From: Macrostomum lignano
Lineage: Eukaryota
DNA length: 64,000 nt
Assembly (NCBI GenBank): GCA_002269645.1
Contig: NIVC01000162.1
Coordinates: 434,001-498,000 of the forward strand
Reading direction: 5' to 3'
Notes under the pieces: generated by a model
Told to the model about the DNA's origin: nothing
The model's database searches: none
What the model saw: the letters and a program-made list of their open reading frames with translations, nothing else
Part shown: positions 52,201-64,000 of the stretch, piece by piece
Position numbering within the stretch: position 1 is the stretch's first letter
Layout of the letters: each line of letters starts with the position of its first letter
Translations under genes and position numbers: made by a program

Positions 52201-55200
52201 GCGCCGCTGCTCTGACGACTTTGGCTTTGCGGCGACGTTCGCAGCTCCGCTGCCCGGCTTTTGCTCTTCCAACGGCAAGGCCGAGGATTCCTGCTGAGAT
52301 TTTGCACGCGTTGTAGTCGTACATAAACTTCCATTTCTAACAGTGTTCTCCATTTTCTTGACTTTATCCATTTCAACCCAATTCTCCCGATGTCTACCCG
52401 ATTCTCCCGATGTCTACCCGATTCTCCCGATGTCTACCCGATTCTACCGATGTCTACCCGATTCTCCCGATGTCTACCCGATTCTCCCGATGTCTACCTG
52501 ATTCTCCCGATGTCTACCCGTTCTCCCGATGTCTACCCAATTCTCCTGATGTCTACCCAATTCTCCCGATGTCTACCCAATTCTGCCGATGTCTACCCGA
52601 TTCTCCCGATGTCTACCCAATTCTCCCGATGTCTACCCAATTCTGCCGATGTCTACCCAATTCCCAAAATTCTTTCGACTTTCCTCTGCACCCAATCATC
52701 CCCACGTCCCCACCAGCTCTCACCTGATGGTTCCCACCGTCTCTGCGGCCGCCCGGCCGCCGAACCAGCAGCTGCAGCAGCGGCCCCACAAACCAGGGTG
52801 CTGAGCAGCCAACAAGGCCGACCAGCAGGAACTGCAGTCCGCTCAGGTGACCGACAATCCGGCCGCGCCACATCATGTCGAGCAGATTCTGGCAGCTGGG
52901 ATGCGCGATGAAGCTCAGCGAAGTGCCCTCGGCGGCCAGCTCGAAGGAGGTCGCCCCGCCGAAGGTGTGCAGCCGCCTGACAACCGTCATGCTGGCCAGG
53001 CGGGCCTCCTCAGCCCAGCAGTCATTGAGTACTTCGACAGCGAGCTGCTCGAAGCGGGCGGCCTGCAGGTCGAGCTCCGCCCGCATCTGCACGCTGTCGC
53101 AGCAGGCCCGGGCCCGCCGGAGCACCAGGGCGGCCAGCAGAGCGGACGGGATGATCTCGCGCTGGTGCAGGCAGAAGGCCTGGGCGAGGCCGAACCGGCC
53201 AGTCAGCAGGCACCACAGGGTGGCCCGCAGGCCGCCGGACAGGCCGGATTCGATGAGGTGGCCGGGCCGGGTCAGCAGGTGCACCGCGGCCTCGACGTCA
53301 GCCTGGTTGACCGTGTGGCTGGTGCTAGCCGAGCTGGGAGAGGCTCTGGACCCGCTGCGCTTGGCCACCAGGCGCTTGAAGATGCCGCAGCTCTGGTGGG
53401 TTGGGTGGGTTGGGTGGGTTGGGTGGATTGTGGATTGGGTGGTTTGGGTGGGTTGGGTGGATTGGGGGGATGGGTGGGTTGGGTGGGTTGGGTGGATTGT
53501 GGATTGGGTGGGTTGGGTGGGTTGGGTGAATTGTGGATTGGGTGGCTTGGGTGGGTTGGGTGGGTTGGGTGGATTGTGGATTGGGTGGGTTGGGTGGATT
53601 GGGAGGGATGGGTGGGTTGGGTGGGTTGGGTGGATTGTGGATTGGGTGGGTTGGGTGGATTGTGGATTGGGTGGGTTGGGTGGGTTTTGAGGGTTAATGG
53701 GTGACTTTAGATCAGGTCAGTAAAATCCTTACAAAGTCCTCCGCCATGGACATGCCGTACAGCTCCAGCATCAGCGAGTCCTTCACGTAGGCGTTCAAGC
53801 TGAAGCCCTGCTCCACCATCAGCTCGGCGAACTCCGTCTGGTTGTCCCGCAGAGCCTGCAGCATCAGTGGCTCCAGGTCGTTTTGCTGGAGTGGCGGCGG
53901 GTTGAAGAATGTTTGCATCCGCCCCCGATCCTAATTCTCATCCGCCCCCGATCCTAATTCTCATCCGCCCCGATCCTAATTCACATCCGCCCCCGATCCT
54001 AATTCTCATCCGCTCCTAGTTAGTATCTTTATCCGCCCCTAGTTAGTATCTTTATCCGCCCCTAGTTAGTATCTTTATCCGCCCCTAGTTAGTATCTTTA
54101 TCCACTCCTAATTAGTATCTTTATCCACTCCTAATTAGTATCTTTATCCACTCCTAATTAGTATCTTTATCCACTCCTAGTTAGTGTCTTTATCCGCCCC
54201 TAGTTAGTGTCTTTATCCGCCCCTAGTTAGTGTCTTTATCCGCCCCTAGTTAGTATCTTTATCCGCCCCTAGTTAGTATCTTTATCCGTCAATAGTTAGT
54301 ATCTTTATCCGTCAATAGTTAGTATCTTTATCCACCCCTAATGAGTATCTTTATCCGCTCCTAGTTAGTATCTTTATCCATCCCTAATGAGTATCTTTAT
54401 CCGCTCCTAGTTAGTATCTTTATCCACCCCTAATGAGTATCTTTATCCGCTCCTAGTTAGTGTCTTTATCCACCCCTAATGAGTATCTTTATCCGCTCCT
54501 AGTTAGTGTCTTTATCCACCCCTAATGAGTATCTTTATCCGCTCCTAGTTAGTATCTTTATCCACCCCTAATGAGTATCTTTATCCGCTCCTAGTTAGTA
54601 TCTTTATCCACCCCTAATGAGTATCTTTATCCGCTCCTAGTTAGTATCTTTATCCGCCCCTAATGAGTATCCAGATCCGCCCCTAATGAGTATCAGCTCA
54701 CAGTCCATTTCTTGGCATCCGTGAGGATCTTAGTCCTAGCAATGTCGCAGCGATCGATGGACATTGCGATGCGCAGCTGGTCCACATTCAAGACCTCCGA
54801 GTCTTCGCCCGCGGCTTTTTCGCCGTTGCCGCCGGCGTCGTCTCCTGCAGACTGCGGCATTCCCAGCAGCGAGGCGAGAATCTTGGCGTCGAAGTCGGAT
54901 GCCATGTCGTCCTCGACTGAGAACACCTCGATGAGGTGCTGCGCGGCGGCGATCTCCATCAGCATGGAGACCTCCGGCTTCGGGGCCTCCTGATCGCCGC
55001 AGAGCCATTTCTGCAGCGTCACGCTGGCGAGGACCTCCGGGCTGGCGGTGCGCAGAGCCGGATTGTCGATGCGAATCTCGCCGCTCAGCAGGTCAAGCAG
55101 GTAGCAGACCGCGTCGGCCAGGCCGCCGGAGCCGCGAACCAGCACAGCGGAGCAGTGGCGGAGCACCAGGCATCTGGATGGCGGCGGGCGGTAATAGACA

Positions 55201-58200
55201 TTATAGTATTTTCGGGGATTCCAAGAGAGAACCCGAATTTTATAAATAGAAACACGGGAGTTCTATAGTCAGTATCCAGAATATCCAATCAGAGTCAAGA
55301 GGAGTGCTATAAATAGAAACACGGAGTTTTCTATTCATTATCCAGTCTATCCAATCAGATTCAAGTGGGGAGCTATAAATAGAAACAAAGAGTTATTTAG
55401 CTCAGTTTAGTCAGCTCAGTTTTTATTTAGTCAGTATCCAGCCTATCCAATCGTAGTCAAGTGGAAAAGCTAAAAATAGAAACGCGGGAATCCCTAGCAA
55501 ATGTTCAATCAGATGAAAAGTCTGCAAGTATGAAAAGGCTTGAGAATTTAATTCAACGAATATGGAGCTCGATATGTAGCTCAACAAACCTATGCAGGCT
55601 GGCCACATCGTCCAGCGTTCCGTTGGCCAGAATGCAGCAGGCCGGCGCCTGCGGCATCGATTCGTCTAAGCGGCTGAGCAGGGTTTCAATTCGAGTTCGA
55701 ACTTCAACTACCGTGTCGGTCTCGGCGTTGTCGTCGACCATCAGGAAGAAGTTGTGGTTGGGATCAAGGCCAGGCAAAGATCCTGGCACGGCTGGCGGTG
55801 GCTGGTTTGATAAGCCCTGTTTGTTTGAAGTTTAAAAATATAATTTCTTACATTTCTACTTTCAGTAGTTTAATAGGTATTTTTCAGATTTTTAAATTAG
55901 CAATTATATAAAAGGAAACATTGTAATAAAAATTCAATGCTGACCGCAAAGTCTTTGCTGACTAGTTCGGAACGCGAAGGCACCCATTTCCATGGCAACA
56001 CTGCCAGCAGGCTGATCCTATCCTGTCCGTAGGCGTCATTGTAGTCTCTGACCGCCTTGCCAGCCAGTTTAACAATGCCTTTGCTCAGGCCGTCCGTCAC
56101 CACCAGAGAGTCTAAGTAAGGAAATTGAAAGAGATATTGGGCCTGGGGAATCTGTGCAAAGGTTTCAGGGAGACTGTGTCCGCTTGGTCCTTCAATCGTG
56201 TAAGCTACAGGGAGACTGTGTCCGCTTGGTCCTTCAATCATGTAAGCTACAGGGAGACTGTGTCCGCTTGGTCCTTCAATTATGTAAGCTAGAGGGAGAC
56301 TGTGTCCGCTTGGTCCTTCAATTATGTAAGCTACAGGGAGACTGTGTCCACTTGGTCCTTCAATTATGTAAGCTACAGGGAGACTGTGTCCGCTTGGTCC
56401 TTCAATCATGTAAGCTACAGGGAGACTGTGTCCGCTTGGTCCTTCAATTATGTAAGCTAGAGGGAGACTGTGTCCGCTTGGTCCTTCAATTATGTAAGCT
56501 ACAGGGAGACTGTGTCCACTTGGTCCTTCAATTATGTAAGCTACAGGGAGACTGTGTCCGCTTGGTCCTTCAATTATGTAAGCTACAGGGAGACTGTGTC
56601 CACTTGGTCCTTCAATTATGTAAGCTACAGGGAGACTGTGTCCGCTTGGTCCTTCAATCATGTAAGCTAGAGGGAGACTGTGTCCACTTGGTCCTTCAAT
56701 TATGTAAGCTACAGGGAGACTGTGTCCGCTTATTCCTTCAATCATGTAAGCTACAGGGAGACTGTGTCCACTTGGTCCTTCAATTATGTAAGCTACAGGG
56801 AGACTGTGTCCGCTTGGTCCTTCAATCATGTAAGCTACAGGGAGACTGTGACCACTTGGTCCTTCAATTATGTAAGCTACAGGGATTCTGTCCTTCAGGC
56901 AACTGAGTCTCACTTGAGCAGCCGGCCGCCTTCCAGAAGCCCTTCATAAAGACTTTGTTAAAGTCGGTGCGGGTTGACTGCCCGCCCAAGACCGTCACAA
57001 TCATGGAGGGTTGCTGGATGCCCCAGACTTTGTGCAGCAGCCACAACAGCTGGGCATCTTCGGTGAAGCTGGAGATGCGGACGAACTTCGCAAGGAGGAA
57101 ACGGGGATTTGCGATGGTTCAATTGCAGCTGCAGGCAGAATAAACATTGAAAAGTGCACACACTGCACACACTGCACACACTGAACACTGCACACACTGC
57201 ACACACTGCACACTGCACACACTGCACACACTGCACACACTGCACACTGCACACACTGCACACAGTTCACACACTGCACACTGCACACACTGCACACTAC
57301 ACACACTGCACATACTGCACACTGCACACACTGAGCACACTGCACACTACACACACTGCACACACTGCACACTGCACACTGCACACACTGCACACTGCAC
57401 ACAATGCACACTGTACACACTGCACACACTGCACACAATGCACACAATGCACACTGCACACTGCACACACTGCACACACTGAGCACACTGCACACACTGC
57501 ACACTACACACACTGCACATACTGCACACACTGCACACACTGCACACTGCACACACTGAGCACACTGCACACTGCACACACTGCACACACTGCACACTGC
57601 ACACTGCACACACTGCACACTGCACACAATGCACACTGCACACACTGCACACACTGCACACAATGCACACAATGCACACTGCACACTGCACACACTGCAC
57701 ACACTGAGCACACTGCACACACTGCACACACTGCACACTGCACACACTGAGCACACTGCACACTGCACACACTGCACACACTGCACACTGCACACTGCAC
57801 ACACTGCACACTGCACACAATGCACACTGCACACACTGCACACACTGCACACAATGCACACAATGCACACTGCACACACTGCACACACTGAGCACACTGC
57901 ACACTACACACACTGCACATACTGCACACTGCACACACTGAGCACACTGCACACACTGCACACTGCACACTGCACACACTGCACACTGCACACACTGCAC
58001 ACTGCACACTGCACACACTGCACACACTGAGCACACTGCACACACTGCACACACTGAGCACACTGCACACACTGCACACACTGCACACTGAGCACACTGC
58101 ACACACTACACACACTACACACACTGCACACACTGAGCACACTGCAGACAATGCACACTACACATACTGCACACACTGCACACACTGCACACTGCACAAA

Positions 58201-61200
58201 CTGCACACAGTTCACACACTGCACACTGCACACACTGCACACTGCACACACTGCACACACTGCACACACTGCACACACTGCACACTGCACACACTGCACA
58301 CTGCACACACTGCACACACTGCACACACTGAGCACAATGCATACAATGCACACTGCACACTACACACACTGCACATACTGCACACACTGCACACTGCACA
58401 CACTGAGCACACTGAGCACACTGCACACACTGCACACACTGAGCACACTGCACACACTGCACACACTGAGCACACTGCACACTGCACACACTGTACACTG
58501 CACACACTGCACACTGCACACACTGCACACACTGCACACTGCACACTGCACACACTGCACACTGCACACAATGCACACTGCACACACTGCACACACTGCA
58601 CACAATGCACACTGCACACACTACACACACTGCACACACTGAGCACACTGCAGACAATGCACACTGCACACTACACACACTGCACATACTGCACACACTT
58701 CACACACTGCACACACTGAGCACACTGCACACACTGAGCACACTGCACACACGGCACACACTCAGCACACTGCACACACTGCACACACTGAGCACACTGC
58801 ACACACTGAGCACACTGCACACACGGCACACACTCAGCACACTGCACACACTGCACACACTCAGCACACTGCACACACTGAGCACACTGCACACACTGCA
58901 CACACTGAGCACACTGCACACAAGAAGTAAATCGCAGCGCACTTTGGCAGAAAAGTAGTCGGACATCTTCAAGCTGCCGAAAGCGTTGGTGACAACGGGC
59001 ATCAGGTGGGTCTCGGCTGACCAGCTGCCGACTTCCAAGGAAACGAGCGAGGAGTGCTCAAAGTACAGGTGCTCGTCCTGTGGCAGTCCGCAGTGGCACA
59101 GGCCCTCGGCTCTGGGGTGACGAAGTGACAGGGAATGATCTGCCACCTGGGCTGCACTGAATGACCTGTCCACTCACTGAATGACCTGTCCAATCACTGA
59201 ATGACCTGTCCACTCACTGAATGACCTGTCCACTCACTGAATGACCTGTCCAATCACTGAATGACCTGTCCACTCACTGAATGACCTGTCCAATCACTGA
59301 ATGACCTGTCCACTCACTGAATGACCTGTCCAATCACTGAATGACCTGTCCACTCACTGAATGACCTGTCCAATCACTGAATGACCTGTCCACTCACTGA
59401 ATGACCTGTCCAATCACTGAATGACCTGTCCACTCCATGAATGACTTTCCCACTCACTGAATGACTTTATCACTCACTGAATGACTTTCCCACTCACTGA
59501 ATGACCTGTCCACTCACTGAATGACCTGTCCACTCACTGAATGACCTGTCCACTCACTGAATGACTTGCCCACTCACTGAATGACTTGCCCACTCACTGA
59601 ATGACTTTATCACTCCCTGAATGACTTGCCCACTCACTGAATGACCTGTCCACTCACTGAATGACCTGTCCACTCACTGAATGACCTGTCCACTCACTGA
59701 ATGACCTGTCCAATCACTGAATGACCTGTCCAATCACTGAATGACCTGTCCAATCACTGAATGACCTGTCCACTGACCTGTCCACCACTGAATGACCTGT
59801 CCACTCCATGAATGACTTGCCCACTCACTGAATGACTTGTCCACTCACTGAATGACTTGTCCACTCACTGAATGACCTGTCCAATCACTGAATGACTTGC
59901 CCACTCACTGAATGACTTGCCCACTCACTAATTGACTTTATCACTCACTGAATGACTTGCCTACTCACTGAATGACCTGTCTACTCACTGAATGACCTGT
60001 CCACTCACTGAATGACCTGTCCACTGACCTGTCCACCACTGAATGACCTGTCCACTCCATGAATGACTTGCCCACTCACTGAATGACTTGCCCACTCACT
60101 GAATGACTTGCCCACTCACTGAATGACTTGCCCACTCACTGAATGACTTGCCCACTCACTGAATGACTTGCCCACTCACTGAATGACTTGCCCACTCACT
60201 GAATGACTTGCCCACTCACTGAATGACTTGCCCACTCACTGAATGACTTGCCCACTCACTGAATGACTTGCCCACTCACTGAATGACTTGCCCACTCACT
60301 GAATGACTTGCCCACTCACTGAATGACTTGCCCACTCACTGAATGACTTGCCCACTCACTGAATGACTTGCCCACTCACTGAATGACTTGCCCACTCACT
60401 GAATGACTTGCCCACTCACTGAATGACTTGCCCACTCACTGAATGACTTGCCCACTCACTGAATGACTTGCCCACTCACTGAATGACTTGCCCACTCACT
60501 GAATGACTTGCCCACTCACTGAATGACTTGCCCACTCACTGAATGACTTGCCCACTCACTGAATGACTTGCCCACTCACTGAATGACCTAATCCTTGATG
60601 TACTACTGTTAATAAAAGATCCTGCATTACCTTTCAACAAACGTGCAGCACTCCCTCACATCCAGGCACCTGTGCTCGAAGAAGGCGCTGCTCATCTGCG
60701 AGAAAAAAATGGACAAAATGCCAAGAGGCTGGCTTGATGCACATGCCTGGAGCCTACTAGGCTCGTAAAGCGCATGTAGCTGTGAACACCGAACTTACGG
60801 TTTGGTACAGGCTGATTAATTTTTTAACCTCGCTGCGCTTGTTTGCCAGGTCTACCGGTGTCTTGCCGTCCTGAATAGATTGGAAACCGAGTGCTTATCT
60901 GTATGGCATTACGGGTACTGTACTGTACACACGCTCGGAGCACACTGTACTGTACACACACTCGGAGCACACTTTACTGTACACACGCTCGGAGCACACT
61001 GCTGTACACACACTCGGAGCACACTGCTTTACACACACTCGGAGCACACTATACTGTACACACACACGTGGAGCACACTGCTGTACACACACTCGGAGCA
61101 CACTGCTTTACACACACTCGGAGCACACTATACTGTACACACACACGTGGAGCACACTGCTGTACACACACTCGGAGCACACTGCCTTACACACACTCGG

Positions 61201-63664
61201 AGCACACTATACTGTACACACACTCGGAGCACACCATACTGTACACACACACATGGAGTACACTGCTGTACACACATGGAGCACACTGCTGTACACACAC
61301 TCGGAGCACACCATACTGTACACACACACGGAGCACACCATACTGTACACACACACGGAGCACACCATACTGTACACACACACGGAGCACACCATACTGT
61401 ACACACACACGGAGCACACTGCTGTACACACATGGAGCACACTGCTGTACACACACTCGGAGCACACCATACTGTACACACACACGGAGCACACCATACT
61501 GTACACACACACGGAGCACACTGCTGTACACACACATGGAGCACACTGCTGTACACACACATGGAGCACACTGCTGTACACACACTCGGAGCACACCATA
61601 CTGTACACACACACGGAGCACACTATACTGTACACACACTCGGAGCACACCATACTGTACACACACACATAGAGCACACTGCTGTACACACACTCGGAGC
61701 ATACTGCTGTACACACACTCGGAGCACACCATACTGTACACACACACGGAGCACACTGCTGTACACACACACGTGGAGCACACTGCTGTACACACACTCG
61801 GAGCACACTGCTTTACACACACTCGGAGCACACTATACTGTACACACACACGTGGAGCACACTGCTGTACACACGCTCGGAGCACACTGCTGTACACACA
61901 CTCGGAGCACACTGCTTTACACACACTCGGAGCACACTATACTGTACACACACACGTGGAGCACACTGCTGTACACACACTCGGAGCACACTGCTTTACA
62001 CACACTCGGAGCACACTATACTGTACACACACACGTGGAGCACACTGCTGTACACACACTCGGAGCACACTGCCTTACACACACTCGGAGCACACTATAC
62101 TGTACACACACTCGGAGCACACCATACTGTACACACACACATGGAGTACACTGCTGTACACACATGGAGCACACTGCTGTACACACACTCGGAGCACACC
62201 ATACTGTACACACACGGAGCACACCATACTGTACACACACACGGAGCACACCATACTGTACACACACATGGAGCACACTGCTGTACACACACTCGGAGCA
62301 CACCATACTGTACACACACACGGAGCACACTGCTGTACACACACTCGGAGCACACTGCTGTACACACACACGGAGCACACTGCTGTACACACACTCGGAG
62401 CACACTGCTGTACACACACTCGGAGCACACCATACTGTACACACACACGGAGCACACTGCTGTACACACACATGGAGCACACTGCTGTACACACACTTGG
62501 AGCACACCATACTGTACACACACTCGGAGCACACTGCTGTACACACACTCGGAGCACACCATACTGTACACACGCACGGAGCACACTGCTGTACACACAC
62601 TCGGAGCACACCATACTGTACACACACACATGGAGCACACTGCTGTACACACACTCGGAGCACACTGCTGTACACACACTCGGAGCACACCATACTGTAC
62701 ACACACACGGAGCACACTGCTGTACACACACATGGAGCACACTGCTGTACACACACTTGGAGCACACCATACTGTACACACACTCGGAGCACACTGCTGT
62801 ACACACACTCGGAGCACACCATACTGTACACACGCACGGAGCACACTGCTGTACACACACTCGGAGCACACCATACTGTACACACACACATGGAGCACAC
62901 TGCTGTACACACACTCGGAGCACACTGCTGTACACACACTCGGAGCACACCATACTGTACACACACACGGAGCACACTGCTGTACACACACATGGAGCAC
63001 ACTGCTGTACACACACTTGGAGCACACCATACTGTACACATACACGGAGCACACTGCAGTACACACACTAGGAGCACACTGTACTGTACACACACTAGGA
63101 GCACACTGCTGTACACACACTAGGAGCACACTGTACTGTACACACACTAGGAGCACACTGCAGTACACACACATGGAGCACACTGCTGTACACACACTAG
63201 GAGCACACTGCTGTACACACACTCGGAGCACACTGCTGTACACACACTTGGAGCACACTGCTGTACACATACACGGAGCACACTGTACTGCACACACACT
63301 AGGAGCACATTGTACTGTACACACACTCGGAGCACACTGTACTGTACACACATTCGGAGCACACTGTACTGTACACACATTCGGAGCACACTGTACTGTA
63401 CACACACAACTACTACTTAGCTACTAATTTATCACGAATTTGTATTTTAACAGTTGCACTCACCCTGTTTCTGACCGTCCAGTCGAGCCGATCAATCAGG
63501 CACAGCTGGGCTACACAGGCCGGGCCGGCCGCTGCGGCCAGGTGGCACGGCGTGTTGCCATGGCGATCGGCTACCTCGGACTGGCGCGGGATCCGCCTGG
63601 CCAGCTGGCGCACCAGGAACGGGTTGCCAACCAGACAGGCCAGGTGCAGCGGCGTCTCCCCGTC
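43276..63664 (-). CDS. TRPM2-like cation channel with N-terminal ankyrin repeats and C-terminal NUDT9-H domain; 5' end outside the window; ~1710 aa visible
   Basis: Exons: 63664-63464, 60870-60799, 60695-60631, 59111-58943, 57085-56914, 56111-55945, 55816-55590, 55173-54702, 53885-53733, 53392-52724, ~52336-52126 (acceptor uncertain), 51611-51168, 50628-50433, 50120-49991, 49568-49372, 48214-47749, 46983-46810, 46732-46567, 45741-45373, 44405-44226, 43515-43276. Motifs: GETPLHLA and GNTPCHLA (ankyrin); ECCTF..CHCG; WGIQQPSMIVTVLGG; LDPNHNFFLMVD; VRGSGGLAD; LGPKVVMI; FESFGE; NLLIAMF; YWTLQRY (TRP box); RGPLPLWGPNH..ITRWK and NAWLE (NUDT9-H). Phases are continuous except at one junction. Confidence 0.9.
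43628..44110. repeat. 21-23-bp intronic minisatellite (CCCTCTCCACCGTGTCCATAC)
   Basis: Fills the last TRPM intron. Confidence 0.93.
44475..45335. repeat. 21-bp intronic minisatellite (AATCGAAAATCCCACACCCTC)
   Basis: Directly visible. Confidence 0.94.
45770..46475. repeat. 11-bp intronic repeat (CCTTGTC(T/C)GTG)
   Basis: Directly visible. Confidence 0.94.
47020..47710. repeat. ~20-bp intronic minisatellite (GAAATACCGGACACCC(C/T)AGGT family)
   Basis: Directly visible. Confidence 0.9.
48235..49170. repeat. 27-bp intronic minisatellite (GTGATCTGTGTTTGTGAGCAGGCTGGA)
   Basis: About 34 copies. Confidence 0.95.
49618..49898. repeat. 57-bp intronic tandem repeat, ~5 copies
   Basis: Unit GAGGGTTTCACTGTACACTCTTTCTATCCCTCTGTCTGGTTAGTGCGCGGTGAGGGT. 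Confidence 0.9.
50705..51168. repeat. 23-bp (GGATGATGACTCACTAATGATCT) and 22-bp (GACTCACCACTGTCTAACCAAT) intronic arrays
   Basis: Directly visible; the 22-bp array includes the real splice donor at 51167. Confidence 0.92.
51655..52050. repeat. 30-bp intronic minisatellite (GATGCTGATTGGCTCTTCTCTCCCCAACTC)
   Basis: About 13 copies. Confidence 0.93.
52380..52665. repeat. 20-bp intronic minisatellite (ATTCTCCCGATGTCTACCCG)
   Basis: Directly visible. Confidence 0.92.
53395..53692. repeat. G-rich (GGGTT/GGGTG/GGATT)n intronic tract
   Basis: Dense GGG runs on the + strand. Confidence 0.9.
53915..54692. repeat. 23-bp intronic minisatellites (TAGTTAGTATCTTTATCCGCCCC and a related unit)
   Basis: Directly visible. 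Confidence 0.92.
56165..56885. repeat. 42-bp intronic minisatellite (GGGAGACTGTGTCCGCTTGGTCCTTCAATTATGTAAGCTACA), ~17 copies
   Basis: Directly visible. Confidence 0.95.
57150..58922. repeat. (CACTG/CACACTG)n intronic microsatellite mosaic
   Basis: Source of the many CVQC/HTAH ORFs in the track. Confidence 0.96.
59155..60585. repeat. 20-bp satellite GACTTGCCCACTCACTGAAT family, ~70 copies, in a TRPM intron
   Basis: Same unit and variants as 38060-41252. Confidence 0.97.
60915..63410. repeat. ~25-bp intronic minisatellite (GGAGCACACTGCTGTACACACACTC family)
   Basis: Lies between the two ankyrin exons; source of the 747-aa and 726-aa pseudo-ORFs. Confidence 0.96.
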
Positions 63665-63759
63665 CTGAGGAGTCATTTAGAGTGAACTAGTAAAACACTT
63701 TACTGTCTATATGGACAGAGCACCATAGACAACAAAAACCGTTCTTGCTGAATCCCTTG

Positions 63760-64000
63760 AAGAGGGGCTGGCGCCTCCTCTGAAGCTGGCGCTCCTCTGT
63801 TGCTGGCGCCCTTTTCTGTAGCTGGCGCCCCCTCTGTAGCTCGCGCCCCTTTCTGTTAGCTGGCGCCCTTTTCTGTAGCTGGCGCCAACCTCTGTATCTG
63901 GCGCCCCTCTGAAGCTGGCGCTCCCTCTGTAGCTGGCGCCCCCCCTGGAGTAGCTGGTGCCCCCCCCCCCCTTGTAGCTGGTGCCCCATTATAGCTGGTA
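63760..64000. repeat. ~17-20-bp repeat (CTGGCGCCCCT..CTGTAG)
   Basis: Directly visible; runs to the window end. Confidence 0.85.

Noticed and set aside
53395-53692. Interstitial telomeric repeat
   Set aside because: Units are GGGTT/GGGTG, not TTAGGG.
47580-56913. ORFs joining repeat peptides to TRPM exons (QTQITPACS, EPISIELGR, EGPSGHSLPVAYII)
   Set aside because: The repeat parts lie between good donor and acceptor sites; reading through from the upstream exon meets stops, so they are intronic and open only because the units are multiples of 3.
56958-58958. Many CVQC / HTAH ORFs resembling metallothionein or His-rich proteins
   Set aside because: Produced by a (CACTG/CACACTG)n microsatellite inside a TRPM intron.
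60880-63427. Very long His/Thr- and Cys/Val-rich ORFs (747, 726, 436 aa)
   Set aside because: Translations of a CA-rich intronic minisatellite; open on both strands, with no unique sequence or codon-position bias.

Overview
This is eukaryotic (animal) genomic DNA: GC-rich, Ala/Gly-rich exons with GT-AG introns, and almost every larger intron filled by its own minisatellite. Gene content and repeat style are most consistent with a free-living flatworm such as Macrostomum (inference only). From left to right the window holds: a decayed piggyBac transposase; a decayed RNase H-bearing LINE; a secreted neuropeptide precursor with 28 copies of FNG(G/V)MF-GKR; a universal stress protein gene; a gene with two DM domains; a GGACT gene; an AT-rich MITE/foldback zone; a co-oriented RPL31 - RPS21-like - NACA cluster; a 5-exon nephrin-like Ig/FN3 membrane protein gene; and a 21-exon, 5'-incomplete TRPM2-like channel gene (SLOG/MHR, six TM, TRP box, coiled coil, NUDT9-H) whose upstream ankyrin-repeat exons splice in frame onto it. 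Three conserved CDSs each carry a single 1-nt deletion, probably assembly errors. Most long ORFs in the supplied track are artefacts of tandem repeats. I found no rRNA, intact tRNA or CRISPR. Exon boundaries were read by eye from GT/AG sites and phase continuity, not from transcript data.
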